A stretch of 64,000 nucleotides of DNA from Podarcis liolepis. Taxonomy: Eukaryota. The notes beneath the pieces were generated by a model. It was not told the DNA's origin, ran no database searches, and saw only the letters and a list, made by a program, of their open reading frames with translations. Position numbers and translations under genes: made by a program. Shown in pieces: positions 60,268 through 64,000 of this stretch. The number at the start of each line of letters is the position of its first letter. The stretch's first letter is position 1. The stretch lies in the NCBI GenBank assembly GCA_965112155.1, contig OZ218099.1; one strand, given 5' to 3'.

Positions 60268-60446
60268 ACTGAAACAGAAGTTGCCAGATCCTTCTATATA
60301 GTGAGAAGGTGGGGAGGGGTGTTACTCAGAAGGGTGGTGGGAATGGGAGATAGGCAGATAGCTGAGAGAGCCTGTTGACGACTCTTAACGACTGTAATAG
60401 GTCTTACAGGAAAAGGCAAGGGGTGAGAAGGTGAGAAATGGTTTAG

Positions 60447-61769
60447 TCATGTATAGTGAGATAAGAATCCAATGTCTTTGTTCAGCCCAGGTCTCTCCAT
60501 TGTTTTAAGTTTGGTAATGAGTTGTAATTCAGCAGCTTCTCTTTCCAGTCTATTTCTGAAATTCCTTTGTAGTAAAACAGCTACTTTGAGATCTTGTATA
60601 GAATGTCCTGGGAGATTGAAGTGTTCTCCTACTGGTTTCTCTGTTTTGTGATTCTTGATGTCAGATTTATGTCCGTTTATTCTTTGGCGTAAGGTTTGGC
60701 CTGTTTGTCCAATATAGAGAGCTGAAGGACACTGTTGGCATTTGATGGCATACACAATGTTAGACGATGAGCAATTAAATAGTCCCGAGATGGTATGTGT
60801 GATGTTGTTGGGGCCAGTAATGGTGTTGTCCGGGTGTATGTGGCAGCAAAGTTGGCATCTGGGTTTATTGCAGGCTCTGGTGCCAGTGTCCGTGTTAAGT
60901 CTGGTTGTAGTATTATTGTGGGTTAGGAGTTGTTTAAGATTGGGTGGCTGTCTGTAGGCAATGAAAGGTCTTCCTCCCAGAGCTTGAGAAAGAGAACTGT
61001 CATTGTCCAGGGGAGGTTGTAGATCTCTGATGATGCGTTGTACTGTTTTAACTTGGGAGCTGTATGTGATGACTAGAGGTGTTCTGTTATTTTCTTTTTT
61101 GGGTCTGTCTTGCAGCAAGTTCTCTCTGGGTATCAGTCTGGCTCTGTTGATCTGTTGTCTAACTTCATCTGCTGGGTATTTTAGTTCTGAGAAGGTTTGC
61201 TGTAGATCTCTTAGGTGAGAGTCTCTGTCTGTAGAATTGGAACAGATGCGGCTGTAACGTAGTGCCTGGCTATATACAATGGACTGTTTGGTATGTTTGG
61301 GATGGTAGCTAGAGGCATGTAGATATGTTTATCGGTCAGTTGGTTTGCGGTATAAGGTGGTGTCTATGCGCCCATCCTGTATTTTTATAGTAGTGTCCAA
61401 AAAATGTATTTCTTGCATAGATTGATTCATTGTAAGGTTGATTGTGGGGTGAAAATCATTAAATTTCTGGTGAAAGGTGTCCAGGGTCTGTTGACCATGT
61501 GTCCAGATGATAAAAATATCGTCAATGTATCGCAGGTACAAGAGAGGTTTGAGTGGGTAGGAGTTCAGGAAACGTTGTTCTAAATCTGCCATGAAGATGT
61601 TGGCATACTGTGGGGCCATGCGGGTGCCCATTGCTGTGCCGCTGATCTGAAGGAACAGGTCATCACCGAATTTGAAGTTGTTGTGGGTAAGGACAAATTG
61701 GCAGAGTTTGGTGGCAAGGTCCGCTGTGGTTTTATCTGAAATGGTGTTCCTTATAGCTTGTAAACCATC
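60447..61769 (-). pseudogene. Penelope RT/GIY-YIG ORF remnant with one premature stop
   Basis: ORFs 61329-61631 and 60447-61118 are in the same frame and separated only by TAA at 61329-61331. The N-terminal part is missing through truncation. Confidence 0.9.
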
Positions 61770-62372
61770 GACAAAATATCTTTGTCAGCTTTGTGCATGG
61801 CCAGCTCACCCGTGAGGCAAGGTGAGGCGACTGCCTCAGGCAGCAGGAGCCACAGGTGCAGCATATCCTGATGTAGACTATTTATTTATTTATTTGATTT
61901 CTATACTGCCCTTCGTCAAAAGATCTCACGGCGGTTCGCAAGATAAGCACACAAGAGATAAGCACAAATAAGTAGTTAAAGCGGAAACAACAAAACAATA
62001 CCCCCCAAATACATCTAAAAGGCTGTAGAATACTAATCAGTCAAAGATCTTAAACCCATCCTTGTTGCTGATGTAGCTCTTTATGCACCCCTTCTTCTCT
62101 AGCGGGGAGGGGAGCTGCCATTTTGTGGTTCGTCCCTGGCTGTGTGGAGTTTCTACACAGAAAGTGTTCTCTATGGAAATTGCACATATCACTGTGTAGC
62201 CCTTTCCACCGGCAATTGCTGAATTGCATTTCTGCTAAGAAGGGGCAGAGCAATCCAAACTCCTATTGTGTTGGGCTGGAAGTGGTGGTGGATTGGGTCC
62301 ACCCAGCCCTGCCAACCTCCTTTGGCCTCCTACCAGCCCAGAAATCTGTGGGAGGGTAGAAATACCACACCA

Positions 62373-63182
62373 GCTAGGTGTGGTGTAGTGGTTAAGAGCG
62401 GTGGACTCGTAATCTGGGGAACCGGGTTCGCATCTCCGCTCCTCCACATGCAGCTGCTGGGTGACCTTGGGCCAGTCACACTTCTCTGAAGTCTCTCAGC
62501 CTCACTCACCTCACAGAGTGTTTTTTTCTTCCAAAAGATATTTATTAAAGTTTTTAAAATATAACAATGAAAAAAAATAAAAAATAAAAATAAACAAAAT
62601 ACAACATAAAAACAGTTAAAAAACAAATAATTTTCCATAACATATCTTCCTTACGCTTATTTCCCCAGACCTCCTCATACCTCCCTTCTTTGTATTCCAC
62701 ATCAATTTGTTAGTTCAGCAAATCCTTACCATTAAGCTTTTACCCATTTATAAACCTTTTTTTTCATATCTCCTAAAGCATTACAGCTGGAAACCCCTAA
62801 GTTTCTATCCAACATCCTTCTAACATTCATTAATTTTACAATATTTCTGTAAATAGTCTTTAAATTTCTTCCAGTCTTCTTTCACCAACTCTTCTCCCTG
62901 GTCTCGGATTCTGCCAGTCATTTCTGCCAATTCCATGTAGTCGATCACCTTCATCTGCCATTCTTCCAGAGTGGGTAAATCTTGTGTCTTCCAATACTTT
63001 GCAATGAGTATTCTTGCTGCTCTTACAGAGTGTTTGTTGTGGGGGAGGAAGGGAAAGGAGAATGTTAGCCGCTTTGAGACTCCTTCGGGTAGAGATAAAG
63101 CGGGATATCAAATCCAAACTACTACTATTCTTCTTCTTCTTCTTCTTCTTCTTCTTCTTCTTCTTCTTCTTCTTCTTCTTCT
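62373..63182 (+). mobile_element. Squam3-like tRNA-derived SINE, interrupted by an L1 fragment, with (TTC)n tail
   Basis: A-box TGGTGTAGTGG, B-box GGTTCGCATCT, CORE-like GGGTGACCTTGGGCCAGTCAC. The body resumes after 63035 and ends in a TAC/TTC microsatellite. Confidence 0.8.
62524..63021 (-). mobile_element. L1-clade LINE 3' fragment
   Basis: Minus strand encodes AARILIAKYWKTQDLPTLEEWQMKVIDYMELAEMT...DWKKFKDYL (ORF2 C-terminus), then a 3' UTR with AATAAA and a short A tail. TSD CT(C/T)ACAGAGTGTTT at 62510-62523 and 63022-63035. Confidence 0.85.
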
Positions 63183-64000
63183 AGCGGTGGGCAATAAGCC
63201 AGTGTGGAGTTTCTTTGGATCCTGAGCTGGCCCTGTTGTTGTAACAGCATTTGGCCCAGTTCCAGGCTGGATTGCTGCATCAGCCTTAGGCTGGTGAAGG
63301 AATCAGTCCTGCAAATGAGGTGGTGATCCTGTTTGTTCTGGGGTGTGTGCATGCTAAAATTGTTGTCTAACTCTCTCTTTTGAAAGTGCTTGCTCCAATA
63401 ACTTGAGAAAAATAGGAATGTGCTTGATGCTGGCTTGTCAAGGGGAGCAAATGGAGCAGAGGGCACAGGGATATTTTTCCTCATGGGGTGCGTGATAGCA
63501 TGGCAATTGTATGACTGCTTAATTTTGGCTTCCATAGAATCTCACTTCCCCCTCCCACACTGAACAAATATTTTGACACAAGAGATACAATTTTGCTGCC
63601 ATTGCTCAGGTTAAAACTTTATTAGATAAGGTCAGGAATTTCTTTGACAAGAGAGCGTAAGTGGAATAACAATACAGTTGTATATCTGACTGAAAGGCTA
63701 ATGGGAAAGATCTTGGCACTCCAGAGTGAAGTAAATGTCATATCCCAACAGTTTACTCCATGTACCATTTAGGTCATGTTGTGCTTTTTAATATCTCTCT
63801 TTAATTATATTTAGCATTGTAAGCAGCTTTTAGGAGGGATTATTTTCTTGCCTTGGTGGTCCCAACCCAAGCAGAACATTTTATGATTGTTGAACAATTA
63901 CACAATTAATTGCTTGATGCGATTAGAAATTGTGCTGCTAGGGAGATGGGCAAATGATTTTGTTTTGTTTTTTGTTTCGCTATGAAGCTTAATTGAAGGT

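Larger units (their letters stand above)
60139..61771 (-). mobile_element. Penelope-like retroelement (Penelope/Poseidon type), 5'-truncated
   Basis: RT motifs GTAMGTRMAPQYANIFM and YLRYIDDIF; GIY-YIG endonuclease (NIVYAIKC...LYIGQTGQTLRQRINGH); 3' pseudo-LTR region with a hammerhead; flanking 14-bp direct repeat CAAAATATCTTTGT (60125-60138, 61772-61785). Confidence 0.93.

Noticed and set aside
62373-62445. tRNA-like sequence (also the heads of the Sauria SINEs)
   Set aside because: A and B boxes belong to SINE heads that continue into SINE bodies; not stand-alone tRNA genes.
63125-63535. ORF ending in poly-Glu (and poly-Leu on the other strand)
   Set aside because: It is a translation of the (TTC)n SINE tail microsatellite.

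Overview
Repeat-rich, apparently gene-poor vertebrate DNA. The SINE families (Sauria/Squam1-type, Squam2-like, Squam3-like) point to a squamate reptile, most likely a lacertid lizard. No host protein-coding gene could be identified with confidence; there are only weak minus-strand exon candidates. The main feature is a young, essentially intact Ty1/copia LTR retrotransposon (49469-54480) with a single 1325-codon gag-pol ORF and LTRs differing at 1 of 383 nt. Its integration is abnormal: the 3' LTR is clipped and continues into a fold-back hairpin, then about 215 bp of filler, then a ~257-bp duplication of the left flank instead of a 5-bp TSD. A 625-bp solo LTR (30544-31168, TG..CA, 5-bp TSD) carries an uninterrupted 141-aa acidic/Pro-rich ORF with an RRxARL motif, and its internal codon repeat shows a synonymous-substitution excess. 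This is my best candidate for an undescribed system. A 5'-truncated Penelope-like element (60139-61771) has RT, GIY-YIG and a minimal hammerhead ribozyme. The rest is LINE fragments (CR1, L2, Rex1, RTE, L1), Tigger-like and hAT-like MITEs, several nested or composite insertions, and microsatellites. All family names come from motif recognition by eye, not from database searches.
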